Shown: piece after piece, positions 46,882 to 56,810 of the stretch
Numbering within the stretch: position 1 is the stretch's first letter
Layout: each line of letters opens with the position of its first letter
Origin: Candidatus Multivorans sp.
GTDB lineage: Bacteria; Acidobacteriota; Thermoanaerobaculia; Multivoradales; Multivoraceae
Assembly (NCBI GenBank): GCA_965247095.1
Contig: OZ251997.1
Location: 544,001 to 608,000 of the forward strand
DNA length: 64,000 nucleotides
Reading direction: 5' to 3'
Notes under the pieces: generated by a model
What the model was told of the DNA's origin: nothing
What the model saw: only the letters and a program-made list of their open reading frames with translations
Databases searched by the model: none
Translations under genes and position numbers: made by a program

Positions 46882-49269
46882 AGGTTGACGTTTCGGGACC
46901 GTCGATTCCTATTCAGCGCGATCGTCGTGGTTCCGATCGCGCTCTCTCTGGCGTGCCGGCGGGAAGGGGCTTCCGTAGCGCCCCCGCCCGAAACTCCGGC
47001 CCCACCGCCCATCGAAGCGGCATGGAGTGAGGCGGTGGGCGATCTGGCGCCGAGGGACTGGAACGTCGTGCTGATCACGATCGACACCCTCCGCGCCGAC
47101 CGGCTGGGCTGCTACGGCTACGCGGATATCGAGACGCCGCATCTCGATCGTCTGGCCGGCGAGGGGATTCTCTTCGAGAACGCAGTCACGACGGTTCCCT
47201 TCACGCTGCCCGCGCACAGTTCGATCATGACCGGCGCCTACCCGCCGATCCATGGCGTGCGGGAGAACGTCGGTTACGCACTCGACGAGCGGCTGCCCAC
47301 GCTGGCGGAGGACATGGCCGGCGCCGGCCGGCGCACCGGAGGCTTCGTCAGCGCCTTTGTGCTGGACGGTCGATGGGGGATCGACCGGGGCTTCGACCGC
47401 TACTACGACGAGTTCAAGGTCCAGGACATGGGCACGCTGAACATCGCCTCCGTTCAGCGCGAGGGGACGGAGACGATCGACCAGGCGGAGGCCTGGCTCG
47501 ACGACGTAGCGGGTGCTCCCTTCTTCCTGTGGCTTCATCTCTTCGAGCCGCACGATCCCTACGAGGCGCCGGAGCCGTTCGCGGCGCGTTATCCGAAGCG
47601 GCCTTACGACGCGGAGGTCGCCTATGCGGACAGTCTGGTCGGCAGGCTGCGCGAGATGCTCGAGGGCAGGAACCTGCTCGACCGGACTCTTCTGGTGGTC
47701 ACGGGCGATCACGGCGAGGGTCTGGGCGATCACGGCGAGTACTTTCACGGCTTCTTCGTGTATGACAGCACAGTCCGGGTGCCGCTGATCGTGCGGCTGC
47801 CGGAAGGCCGTCTCGGCGGCCGGAGAGTGGACGCGGCGGTGAGCCACGTCGATCTGCGTCCCACGATTCTGGACGCGCTCGGGTTGTCGTCGCCGCCGGT
47901 TGATTCGCGCCAGGGAGGGCGCAGCCTGCTCCCGCTCGTGCTGGGCATGGACGACAGTGAACGGTTCGCCTACATCGAGTCCTACTATTCGCTGTACCAC
48001 TACGGCTGGGCGCCCCTGCGCGCCATTCGCACGGGCCCGCTCAAATTCATCGACGCGCCGGAACCCGAGTTGTACCGCCTGACCGATGACCCGGGGGAGG
48101 CGGAGAACGTCGTGCGCCGTACGCGCGTCGAGGCGCGGGAACTCCGCGATCGGCTGCTTCTGATGATCAGCGAGTTCGAGGGGACCGGCGCCGGCGAAGC
48201 GGCGCCGCCGGACTTGGATCAGGAGACTCTGGCGCAGCTCCAGGCGCTCGGGTACCTGGCCGGCAGCGGCAGCCGCACGGAGGCGCCTGAGGACCTCTCC
48301 GGTCTCGCCGATCCGAAAGACAAGATCGCGGTCCACCGGGCGATCATGCTGGCCCAGAACGACATCGGAAAGGGCGAAACGGCGGCGGCCCGTGAGCGGC
48401 TGCTGGAGGCCATCGCACTCGATCCCGGAGTGGTCGATGCCCAGCAGATGCTCGGCAATCTGCACCAGCGGCAAGGGGATTATCTGACCGCGATCGACTA
48501 CTTCCAGAACGCTCTTGCCCGCAGCCCGGATCACCAGGCATCGCTGCTGGGTCTGGCCGATTCGTACCTGTGGCTCGACAGATCGGAGGACGCTCTGGTC
48601 GGTTACGAGCGGCTCCGCGGCCTGGCGCCGCACGACAGCAAGGCCGCAATCGCTTCTACCGAAATCCTGGTCGACCTGGGCCGTCCGGCGGAGGCCCTGG
48701 AAGTCGCCGAGTCCGCGGCCCGCTACGAGCACGCCCCGCCATTGGTCCACAATCAGCACGGCGAACTGCTTACGCTTGCGGGACGGATCGACGAGGCCGA
48801 GGGCGCCTTCGAACGCGCCATCCAGGCGAATGACCGCCCGGTGCAGCCGCACTTCAACCTGGCGGTGCTGTACGAGGAGCGCGGCGAGTCGGCGAGGGCG
48901 ATCGAGCGCTACAAGGAAGCGCTGGCCCGGATGCCGTGGCACTACAAGACCCTGTTCAATCTCGGCCGTCTGCTGGGCCGCGAGGGAGACGCGGTAGAGC
49001 AGGAGGAGCTGTGGCAGGCCGCGGTGGACGCGAACCCGGAGTTCATCGAGGGGCACTACCTGCTGGCCAAGCTGTTGATGGACCAGGGCGGCGATCTGAA
49101 GCGGGCCGAGGAGCTGGTGCGCGCGGGTCTCGAGCACGACGAAACGCACCAGGCGGGGGCTCTCGGCTACTTCGTGCTGGCCGACATTCTCAGTCGCCTC
49201 GGCCGGACCGGGGAGGCGATGGAGGCGGTGCGCTCGGGCCGGGCCATTCAGGGGTCGCCGTCGGGATGA
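46861..49269 (+). CDS. Sulfatase-like hydrolase fused to TPR repeats (lipoprotein); start GTG 46861 or ATG 46792
   Basis: Lipobox SLAC, NVVLITIDTLRADRLGCYG, PFTLPAHSSIMTG (Thr in place of Cys/Ser), HLFEPHDPY, TGDHGEGLGDHGE, LQALGYL..DPKDK, then TPR helices. Confidence 0.9.
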   Translation: MVKKTQRRLTFRDRRFLFSAIVVVPIALSLACRREGASVAPPPETPAPPPIEAAWSEAVGDLAPRDWNVVLITIDTLRADRLGCYGYADIETPHLDRLAGEGILFENAVTTVPFTLPAHSSIMTGAYPPIHGVRENVGYALDERLPTLAEDMAGAGRRTGGFVSAFVLDGRWGIDRGFDRYYDEFKVQDMGTLNIASVQREGTETIDQAEAWLDDVAGAPFFLWLHLFEPHDPYEAPEPFAARYPKRPYDAEVAYADSLVGRLREMLEGRNLLDRTLLVVTGDHGEGLGDHGEYFHGFFVYDSTVRVPLIVRLPEGRLGGRRVDAAVSHVDLRPTILDALGLSSPPVDSRQGGRSLLPLVLGMDDSERFAYIESYYSLYHYGWAPLRAIRTGPLKFIDAPEPELYRLTDDPGEAENVVRRTRVEARELRDRLLLMISEFEGTGAGEAAPPDLDQETLAQLQALGYLAGSGSRTEAPEDLSGLADPKDKIAVHRAIMLAQNDIGKGETAAARERLLEAIALDPGVVDAQQMLGNLHQRQGDYLTAIDYFQNALARSPDHQASLLGLADSYLWLDRSEDALVGYERLRGLAPHDSKAAIASTEILVDLGRPAEALEVAESAARYEHAPPLVHNQHGELLTLAGRIDEAEGAFERAIQANDRPVQPHFNLAVLYEERGESARAIERYKEALARMPWHYKTLFNLGRLLGREGDAVEQEELWQAAVDANPEFIEGHYLLAKLLMDQGGDLKRAEELVRAGLEHDETHQAGALGYFVLADILSRLGRTGEAMEAVRSGRAIQGSPSG

Positions 49270-49305
49270 CCGGATGTGTGGCAAACGTGCGGCGGCGTCC
49301 CTAGA

Positions 49306-49674
49306 TCACGCCCTGTCCTCCTCGATGTGGCAATCAACGCATACTCGCGTTGGTCCATGGTCCTCACCCGCCAGTTGTCTGTCTTCGTGGCAGCTACGGC
49401 AAAGATCGTGAAACTGCGATTCGAACATCGGCCACACCTCCTGATTGATGACATGGCAAATCATGCATGGATCGTTACCAGTGTTGTCCACGTAGTTGTG
49501 ATGACACACCAAGCAGTTCTCGGCAACGTGATCTTCGTGAGCAAACGTCATCGGCAAGATCGGCTCGGGACTTCGCCATCGATGTTCAAGCACGGGTCGT
49601 TCCGTAGGCAACGGCGTGCCGAACACCAGCAGCGCCGCCGCCGCCAACACGACCAATCCCACAAACACTCTCAC
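49306..49674 (-). CDS. Class III (c3-like) tetraheme cytochrome c
   Basis: N-terminal hydrophobic segment, FAHEDH, four CxxCH motifs (CLVCHH, CMICH, CRSCH, CVDCH). Likely GTG at 49674. Confidence 0.88.
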   Translation of the reverse strand: MRVFVGLVVLAAAALLVFGTPLPTERPVLEHRWRSPEPILPMTFAHEDHVAENCLVCHHNYVDNTGNDPCMICHVINQEVWPMFESQFHDLCRSCHEDRQLAGEDHGPTRVCVDCHIEEDRA

Positions 49675-49676
49675 AA

Positions 49677-50330
49677 CTACAAGTTCCGGATGCTCGCAAA
49701 AACGAGCACGCACAACGTACCGATAGCCAGGTACTTTCGCCAAGTCTGTCGTGTCACAGCATTGCCTCGATCGGTTCTTTGGCTACCCCTCCACAGCACA
49801 ATGAGGGTAAGAACCAGAAACAGCACGATTTGATATGCGGTGTTCAAGTAGAACCCACTGGCCACAATATGGTAACCAGCACCAACAATCGTTACCAGCG
49901 CCAGGACACGATGCCAAAGCCCAAAAGTGGCGGCTCGCCCGTGTAGGCCCGGGCGATACTTGGGTAAGCTAACAAAGATGGTTACGGTGAGCGAAACGAA
50001 GGTAACGATGCCCATCCACATATAGACAGGTGCGCCTGGTTTTACGTACTCGATCACTACGGCATCGCTGAGCAAGAACCAGTAGGCGTGCGCTGTTGCC
50101 ACTCCCAACACTGCAAAGCCTAGAAACTGGTGCGCCCGCAAATTGAAACCGCGGCCTCTAGACGCGCTCAAATGAAGAAGCCCGGCAAACGCCACGAATC
50201 CCAGACCGCTGCCGATATCCCAGAGCCAGCCCGCGCCCAATGTCGGAGTGGCCAGCAGCGTGACGAGCAACACACCGAGGAGTGTCGGCAAAAGGCCCTT
50301 CATGAATGGTGCCACTGTCCCAGCGATCAT
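49677..50330 (-). CDS. Polytopic membrane protein, ferric-reductase-like (heme b) transmembrane domain
   Basis: About six TM helices with paired His (AHQFLG..AHAY and WHRVLA..GYHI). Low GC; abuts the cytochrome gene. Confidence 0.7.
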   Translation of the reverse strand: MIAGTVAPFMKGLLPTLLGVLLVTLLATPTLGAGWLWDIGSGLGFVAFAGLLHLSASRGRGFNLRAHQFLGFAVLGVATAHAYWFLLSDAVVIEYVKPGAPVYMWMGIVTFVSLTVTIFVSLPKYRPGLHGRAATFGLWHRVLALVTIVGAGYHIVASGFYLNTAYQIVLFLVLTLIVLWRGSQRTDRGNAVTRQTWRKYLAIGTLCVLVFASIRNL

Positions 50331-50630
50331 GTGGAGGTCTTCGCGAGCGCTGCCGTTTCTTTGCCCGTCAGACGTGGCCCGATCGTACTCCTGGCGTGAC
50401 GCACCTCGGAGGAGTCTAGTGCATTGGAAGCACCGCTGGCGTTCGGCTCCCGGCTGTGACGACGGCGACGGCGTCAGGTGCTACGTGCTGGCGTACGCCC
50501 ATGCCAACGGAAGCGCACCCAAACCTCTCGATTCGGCAGACTCAGAGTTCGGCGATCCACAAGACGATGGACTGGATCTCGTCGTCAAAGGACGGGCTCA
50601 CCTGCCGGCGCAGGCGCTCGAAAGTCCCCA

Positions 50631-51166
50631 ATGGCAGGAACGAAGGACGGCGAGTGGTTGATCCCCGGGCTCTCGCCGGGGACGGTGACCGTGACCGCGA
50701 CCCTCGAAGGGATGGAGACCGCGACCGTCGAAGGGGTCCGCGTCTCCATCTCCGGCGTGGCCAGCGTGAATCTGACGATGCGTCCCGCAGCCGTCGAAGA
50801 GGCGATCACGGTGACCTCGGAGGCGCCCGTTCTCGATGTGACCAGCTCGTCGGCCAGCGTCACCTTCGACCAAGAGCTGGTCGATTTGAAGCCGACGACG
50901 ACGCGTAACTTTCAGGAGCTCGCGCTGATGGCCCCCGGTGTGAACCTGTCCGGTCGCCTCGGCAACGTCGGCGCCTATGCGGGACACCCCACGGCCTACG
51001 GTCGCGATCAAGCCTCGATCTCCTGGAACGTCGATGGACTCGACGGTAGCTTTCCGGGCGCCTTCAGCCGCGAGTTCGAGGAGGTGCCCTACTGGCGCGT
51101 CGGCTTCCAGTCGGTGCTGGGTTCCAACACCGTGATCGAGGCCAACTTCTCCGACACCATCAACAA
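50631..51166 (+). pseudogene. TonB-dependent receptor remnant (homolog of the two downstream TBDRs) with internal deletion
   Basis: DGEWLIPGLSPGTVTVTATLEG..EEAITVTSEAPVLDVTS..WNVDGL, then jumps to EFEEVPYWRVGFQSVLGSNTVIEANF, matching HEFGNRPAWRIGWQSVFSNRTFFEFN much further along in the intact paralogs. No signal peptide or barrel. Confidence 0.85.
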
Positions 51167-51169
51167 TCG

Positions 51170-51611
51170 CAGAACATGTTCGATACCTCCGTCATCGTTC
51201 CCGCCATTGTCTCGCAGCCTGGCCGTATTCCGGAAGGCGATGTCTGTAGCGGGCTCCTCAGCCACTACGACATCATGCCCACGCTCCTTGAGTACGGTCC
51301 GGTACGGATGATCCGTAGCCGGACGCACAAGTACGTTCACCGTTACCCCTGACGGCCCGCACGAGTTTTACGACCTGGCCAACGACCCGGACGAGGCGGC
51401 GAATCTGATCGACAACGCCGATCATCAGGATGGGATTGCAATGCTGAAGGCACGCCTGGAAGAGTGGTTTGTGCGCTACGTTGATCCCACTATGGATGGC
51501 GTGCGCGAAGCGGTGACGGGCAAGGGCCAGTTGGGTTTGGCCGGACCTGCGGGAGGTGGCAAGAAGAAGTTTGGGGATGATTGGTTCTACTTTAGGGATA
51601 GGAGGGAGTAA
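51170..51611 (+). pseudogene. C-terminal fragment of a sulfatase with frameshift
   Basis: Hand translation QNMFDTSVIVPAIVSQPGRIPEGDVCSGLLSHYDIMPTLLEYGPVRMIRSRTHKYVHRY, extra C at 51346-51349, then PDGPHEFYDLANDPDEAANL..LEEWFVRYVDP..GKGQLG..TAA 51611. Confidence 0.82.
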
Positions 51612-51653
51612 CGGTCTGGAACATCGAGGCCATCAAGACGGCTGACGCCCGCG

Positions 51654-53921
51654 TCACCGCTGCCAGAGCCAGGTGACCTTGAGGATGAGCTGTCGGCCCT
51701 GCGTGCGTCGCTCCGAGAGCGACGGCGCCGTCCAGTTCTCGTTGTAGACGAGGAAGATGTCGGCGCCGGGTCGATAGATCCAGTGAAAGCGGATGTTGAC
51801 GCCGAGATCCTCGGCGGCGTCGTTGTACTGGGCGATCATGTTCAGTCGCAGATCCGGCGTGAACGACAGGTCGACGCCTTGGCTCCAGAGGTTGATCTCG
51901 AACGCGCCCTGCGGCAGCTCGACATCGTGGTACGTCCAGGTGGTGGAGGTGCGAACGAGGCGTGACAGGCGAAGACCGACCTCCTGTCGCAGGGAAGTCC
52001 AGTCGCCCTCGTAGAACTCACCCCAGTTGTTGAAGCTCCTCCAGGTCACCGATCGTGAGGCATCGGTCAGCATCAGCAGTTCCCAGCCGTCGAACTCGAA
52101 CAGGCCCGCCGGGATCACCACGCCAGGGTAGATCTCGAATGGCGCAAACAGCCGCTCCGTGGTGCGCATGGCGCCGAACTCCAGGAAGTCATTGGTGTTG
52201 AGGACCATGCCTAAGGGATACACGACAGTCTCCTCGCTCTCCAGACGTCCGTCGCTCGAGCGCTCGAAACGGCGGTGCGCGCCTTCGGCGTACCAGGAGC
52301 GGATACCACCGCGTTCGATCCGTGGCTGCCAGATAAAGCGCGGGTTGAGCAGGCGGAAGTTCTCGCGCAGCAGAAACCCCACGCCCGGATCGAAGTTCTG
52401 CTGCGACTCGATGAAGTCCAGTGACGTCGTGAGGGTGGAACCCTGGTATCCGAGGCCGGCCCCGAACGCAGCATCCTCGCCCTCGACCCCCGGCCGCTCA
52501 CTGCGGCTCCAGTAGCCGTTGAACTGGAGGAGTTGCGTCGGTTTGAACTCGAAGTCGAGGCCGTAGAGGTTCTCCGCTCCTCCTGTGGCGGGATCGCGCT
52601 GCGTGAAGACGGCGCCCACGCTGGAGCGCTCACCGATGTTGCGCTTCACCCGGGCGACGGCAAATCCGGTTTGCGCCGCGTGGCGGCCCCGGAGGTTGGT
52701 TGCTCCCGTGCCGAGCCCGAGGACGCCGAAGTTCCATTCGCCGAGCCGGCCGGTCAGGCGGCCCCCCGCCTCGATCGGCACCGTCTCGCCGCCGTCGAGC
52801 CCGATGCGGCGCGAGAAGAAGGCCTTCATCAGGGCGGGCAGCCACGGCACTCTCTGGGGGGGGCCGAACTCGAATATGCCCGCGTTCTCGAGAAAGAAGT
52901 CCCGTTTCTCGGGAAAGAAGAGGGAGAACCGGGTCAGGTTGACCTGCAGATCGTCGACCTCGACCTCGGCGAAGTCGGTGTTGTAGGTGAGATCGAGCGC
53001 CACTGACTTCGTCAGTCCCAACTTGATGTCGAGTCCGCCGTCGATGTCTGTCGTCGAAGTGCCGCTCGGGGGCTCTTCGGAGGCGAAGGCGATGAGGTAG
53101 GGCTTGACGTCGAGGCTGCGCGAGCGCCGAAGCCCGGCGAGCCCCGTCAGGGTGCCGGCCAGGGAAACCCGGTAGGCCGCGGCGTGGGACACGCCCGACG
53201 TGGTAATGGGCAACGCGGAACGCGGCAGATACGCCCAGTTCGCTTCCTCGCTCTTGCGGCGGATGAGTCGCTGCACGTTCAGGCCCCAGCGGTCGAGAGC
53301 CGGATCGAAGCGCAGGGTCGCGAAAGGAATCGCGATCTCCGCCGCCCAGCCATCGGTCGTCCGTCGGGCCTTTACCGACCACACACCGTCCCACTCCTTG
53401 TTGACGTCGCGCCCCTCGTCGGTGATCAGTGCATCGTGGCGAGCGCCGTTCGGATTGGTGGCGAAGGCGAAGGAATTGCGGCCGTCGAGAAACGTGTCGA
53501 ATACCAGAACGAAGGAGTCGTCGGAGGCGAGCTCCGCGTCGCGCTCCATCTCCTTGGCGATGATCTTCCCGGGCGCCCGATCGAACGCGCGCAGCCCCAC
53601 GTAGAGCGTCGTGGGGGTGTAGGCGATGGAGAACTCCGTCCGTTCGGTAGCCGGCGCTCCTTCGCGGGGCTCGCGTTGCCGAAAGTCTGTACCGACTTCG
53701 GCGCGTCGCCACGCGGGCTCGTCGAGCCGACCGTCGACGACGATCGGCTGGTCGATTGCGAGCGCCCCGATCGAGGGGCGCTCGGTGAGATCGGCATCCA
53801 CCTGACCGACCGCCGGCGCACCGAGTGTCAGCGTGATGACGAATAGAGCCAGCCGGTCGGAGGCCTTGGGATTTGCCCCTTCCGGCTGGTTGCGACGGCT
53901 GTTTCGAGGGTTGGCGCTCAT
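51654..53921 (-). CDS. DUF5916 / carbohydrate-binding family 9-like outer-membrane protein
   Basis: IVVDGRLDEPAW, FRQREPREG, FATNPNG, GWAAEIAIPFATLRF, NTDFAEVEVDDLQVNLTRFSLFFPEKRDFFLEN, FFSRRIG. Confidence 0.88.
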   Translation of the reverse strand: MSANPRNSRRNQPEGANPKASDRLALFVITLTLGAPAVGQVDADLTERPSIGALAIDQPIVVDGRLDEPAWRRAEVGTDFRQREPREGAPATERTEFSIAYTPTTLYVGLRAFDRAPGKIIAKEMERDAELASDDSFVLVFDTFLDGRNSFAFATNPNGARHDALITDEGRDVNKEWDGVWSVKARRTTDGWAAEIAIPFATLRFDPALDRWGLNVQRLIRRKSEEANWAYLPRSALPITTSGVSHAAAYRVSLAGTLTGLAGLRRSRSLDVKPYLIAFASEEPPSGTSTTDIDGGLDIKLGLTKSVALDLTYNTDFAEVEVDDLQVNLTRFSLFFPEKRDFFLENAGIFEFGPPQRVPWLPALMKAFFSRRIGLDGGETVPIEAGGRLTGRLGEWNFGVLGLGTGATNLRGRHAAQTGFAVARVKRNIGERSSVGAVFTQRDPATGGAENLYGLDFEFKPTQLLQFNGYWSRSERPGVEGEDAAFGAGLGYQGSTLTTSLDFIESQQNFDPGVGFLLRENFRLLNPRFIWQPRIERGGIRSWYAEGAHRRFERSSDGRLESEETVVYPLGMVLNTNDFLEFGAMRTTERLFAPFEIYPGVVIPAGLFEFDGWELLMLTDASRSVTWRSFNNWGEFYEGDWTSLRQEVGLRLSRLVRTSTTWTYHDVELPQGAFEINLWSQGVDLSFTPDLRLNMIAQYNDAAEDLGVNIRFHWIYRPGADIFLVYNENWTAPSLSERRTQGRQLILKVTWLWQR

Positions 53922-53925
53922 AAAC

Positions 53926-53942
53926 CTTAAGGTTTTCTAAGG
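53926..53942. promoter_or_regulatory. Putative transcription-factor box CTTAAG-N5-CTAAGG
   Basis: aaccttaaggttttctaaggttttg in the divergent DUF5916/TBDR intergenic region; matches 46666-46682. Confidence 0.5.
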
Positions 53943-54017
53943 TTTTGCTCTAGATCAAACGCTGTTCGATCGGTCAGAGTATCGTTGTTTGTGCTTCAGC
54001 GGAAACCGGAGGTGACC

Positions 54018-56801
54018 ATGTCGAAGATGCGTCTGGCGGTGTTTGTTTCTCTGCTTCTGGTGATGATCGCGGCGCCGGCCCTTGCCCAGAACGTCGGCAC
54101 GGTCCGGGGCGAGGTCCGCGACGCGAACGGCGACCCGCTGCCGGGCGTGATGATCGAAGTCGACGGGCCGCTGGTGCGCGGCGACCGCTCGACGACGACG
54201 GGCGTGAACGGCGAGTTCCTCGTCAGTGCGCTCAATCCGGGCGCGATCTCGGTCACCGGAACGCTCGACGGCTTCGAGGACGAGACCGTCGAGGATGTCC
54301 GCATCTCGATCTCCCAGACCAGCACGGTGCACATGGTCCTCCAGCTCGTCGCGACCACGGAGGAGATCACGGTGACCTCGGAACGCCCGATCCTGGACGT
54401 GACGAGCAACGTGATCAGCACCCACTTCACGGAGGACTTCATCGACGACCTGCCGACGAAGCGCAGCTTCCAGGACTACGCGGGCATGGCCAAGGGCGTC
54501 ACGATGCAGGGGCGGGACCAGACCTACGGCGACTGGCGCTACATTGCCTACGGCAGCAGCCCGGTGGCGAACGCCTGGAACATGGACGGGCTCAACTCCT
54601 CCATGCACGACTATGGCGGCGTCTGGTGGTGGATCAACCCGGACACGATCTCCGAGATCCAGGTGCTCGGCGTAGCGGCGCCGGCGGAGTATGGCGGCAT
54701 GTCCGGCGCGGCGATCAACGTGGTCACGAAGTCCGGCACGAACGAGTTCGACGGCCGCCTGAACTACTACGGCCAGTTCGACTCGATGACCGCCGAGGGC
54801 CCGACGTCCCCCGGACTGTCCGGCGACGAGACCGGCTTCTACCGGGACAAGTTCAACAATTACACCCTGTCGCTGGGCGGCGCGTTCAGCCCGGACAAGC
54901 TGTGGTATTTCCTGTCGCTTGAGTACAAGGAGGACGCGCTCGGGGAGCCGGGCTCGATTCGGGAGTTCGTCCGCCCGGACCTCTGGGAGCGCTCCGCCCT
55001 GAAGCTCGACTGGACCTTCAACCCGTCGAACACCCTGACGCTGGGCGCCCAGTACGAGGACTACGACTGGCAGCAGGCTTCGGATCCGTTCCGCGACCAG
55101 GACGCACGGACGCACGAGTTCGGTAACCGGCCTGCCTGGCGGATCGGCTGGCAGTCCGTGTTCTCGAACCGGACCTTCTTCGAATTCAACGTAGCGGAGT
55201 TCGACAACTACGACCGCGTGGCCTCGGTCACCGGCAGCACGGACCCGCCCTTCGTGGACTACACGCAGCCGGTCCCCACCACCGTCGGCGGGCCGCGATA
55301 TCCGTACGACTACGGCCCCAAGATGGTGCGTTCAAGCGCCAAGCTGACCCACTTCGCGGACGACCTGGCCGGCAGCCACGAGTTCAAGTTCGGCGTCCAG
55401 TTCACGGACGCGACGACCAAGACGCCCCAGCTCTACCCCGGTTCGGGCGGTCTCTACTACGCGAAGTTCTCCGAGAGCTTCTACTGGCGCTACACCCGGC
55501 AGCAGCACTACTACGGCAGCGACTCGACGTCGCTTGGGCTGTTCGTGGACGACTCGTGGAACCTGGGCGGGAAGACGACGCTGAACCTGGGTGTGCGCTA
55601 CGACAAGGACAACGGCGGCATTCCACCGTACGAGGTGCTTCTGTCGCACGGCGGGGGCAAGGGGAACGCGGTGACCAGCGGCGAGTTCTACCCCGCCTAC
55701 GACGACCTGGTCGACTGGGAGAACATCTCGCCGCGCTTGGGGATCGCCCGCCAGGTCGGCGAAGGGGCTCGGCAGGGCGTGCTGCGCGCGTCCTACGGCA
55801 AGTACTTCGAGGCGAACACCACCTCGATGTGGAACGGCCCCCATCCCGACCGGCCGCCTTCCGTGTACGCCTTCAGCTACTACCGGAACGGACCGTTCTA
55901 CGTCTACCGCAGCGTTTCTGACGAAAGCCTCATCGAACCGGACCCGAACATGAAGGCGCCCGAGTACGACCAGTACGCGCTCGGCTATGAGCAGCAACTC
56001 AGCGAGACCCTGACGATCGGCGCCGAGGTCGTCATCAAGGAGGGCAAGAACCTGATCGGCTGGCAGATTCTCGACGACGGCGTCTACGAGGAGGTGCCCT
56101 ATGTCAATCCGGAGACGGGCGAGACGATGACGCTCTACAGCGTCATCGAGGAGCCGACGCGCCGCAAGGGCAACAGCCCGGGACCGGGTGCGAACGCGCC
56201 GCCCGATGCGAGGTACTACCAGGACTACCAGGGGATCTTCGTCAGCCTGACCAAGCGGAAGGTCGGCAGATGGGGGCTCAACATGTCGCTTGGCTGGTCG
56301 AAGTCGGAGGGGCGGACTTCACGGCACCGCGACCAGCGCCAGGCCGAGCCCATCTTCGGCGGTCTGGAGGGCGCGGATCCGAACCTCCATATCAACGCGG
56401 AAGGGTTGCTGCAGGCGGACCGGACTTGGGTCTTCGCCGCCCAGGGGCAGGTCGACCTGCCCTGGAAGCTCCGGGGAACGGGCGTGTTGAAGGTCCAGGA
56501 CGGGCGGCCGTACGCCCTGTTCCAGCGGGTGCAATTGGCCCAGGGCAGAGTCGATGTCGGGTTGACCCCGCGTGAAGATGGTCGGCGGATGCCGGGCAAC
56601 AAGCTCCTCGACCTCGGGATCGGGCGTTCCTTCTCACTCGGGAATGACGTCTCGCTCGGTATCGACCTGCAGGTCCTGAATGCCCTGAACGACGACGGCT
56701 GGGACTACTGGCAGAGCACCGCGTTCAGGGACGGCAATCTCGTTCCTACCATCTACCAGTATCCGCGCCGGCTGATGCTGCGGCTGAGCTTCGACTTCTA
56801 G
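54018..56801 (+). CDS. TonB-dependent receptor, copy 1
   Basis: GGAGG SD, signal peptide ..PALAQ, carboxypeptidase-regulatory domain, PAEYGGMSGAAINVVTKSGTN, NLGVRYD, ISPRLG, C-terminal LRLSFDF. Confidence 0.94.
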   Translation: MSKMRLAVFVSLLLVMIAAPALAQNVGTVRGEVRDANGDPLPGVMIEVDGPLVRGDRSTTTGVNGEFLVSALNPGAISVTGTLDGFEDETVEDVRISISQTSTVHMVLQLVATTEEITVTSERPILDVTSNVISTHFTEDFIDDLPTKRSFQDYAGMAKGVTMQGRDQTYGDWRYIAYGSSPVANAWNMDGLNSSMHDYGGVWWWINPDTISEIQVLGVAAPAEYGGMSGAAINVVTKSGTNEFDGRLNYYGQFDSMTAEGPTSPGLSGDETGFYRDKFNNYTLSLGGAFSPDKLWYFLSLEYKEDALGEPGSIREFVRPDLWERSALKLDWTFNPSNTLTLGAQYEDYDWQQASDPFRDQDARTHEFGNRPAWRIGWQSVFSNRTFFEFNVAEFDNYDRVASVTGSTDPPFVDYTQPVPTTVGGPRYPYDYGPKMVRSSAKLTHFADDLAGSHEFKFGVQFTDATTKTPQLYPGSGGLYYAKFSESFYWRYTRQQHYYGSDSTSLGLFVDDSWNLGGKTTLNLGVRYDKDNGGIPPYEVLLSHGGGKGNAVTSGEFYPAYDDLVDWENISPRLGIARQVGEGARQGVLRASYGKYFEANTTSMWNGPHPDRPPSVYAFSYYRNGPFYVYRSVSDESLIEPDPNMKAPEYDQYALGYEQQLSETLTIGAEVVIKEGKNLIGWQILDDGVYEEVPYVNPETGETMTLYSVIEEPTRRKGNSPGPGANAPPDARYYQDYQGIFVSLTKRKVGRWGLNMSLGWSKSEGRTSRHRDQRQAEPIFGGLEGADPNLHINAEGLLQADRTWVFAAQGQVDLPWKLRGTGVLKVQDGRPYALFQRVQLAQGRVDVGLTPREDGRRMPGNKLLDLGIGRSFSLGNDVSLGIDLQVLNALNDDGWDYWQSTAFRDGNLVPTIYQYPRRLMLRLSFDF

Positions 56802-56810
56802 GAGATCATT

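Noticed and set aside
51089-51340. Minus-strand 83-aa ORF with LKERGHDV (PIN/DUF5615-like look)
   Set aside because: The plus strand gives a clearer sulfatase fragment over the same bases.
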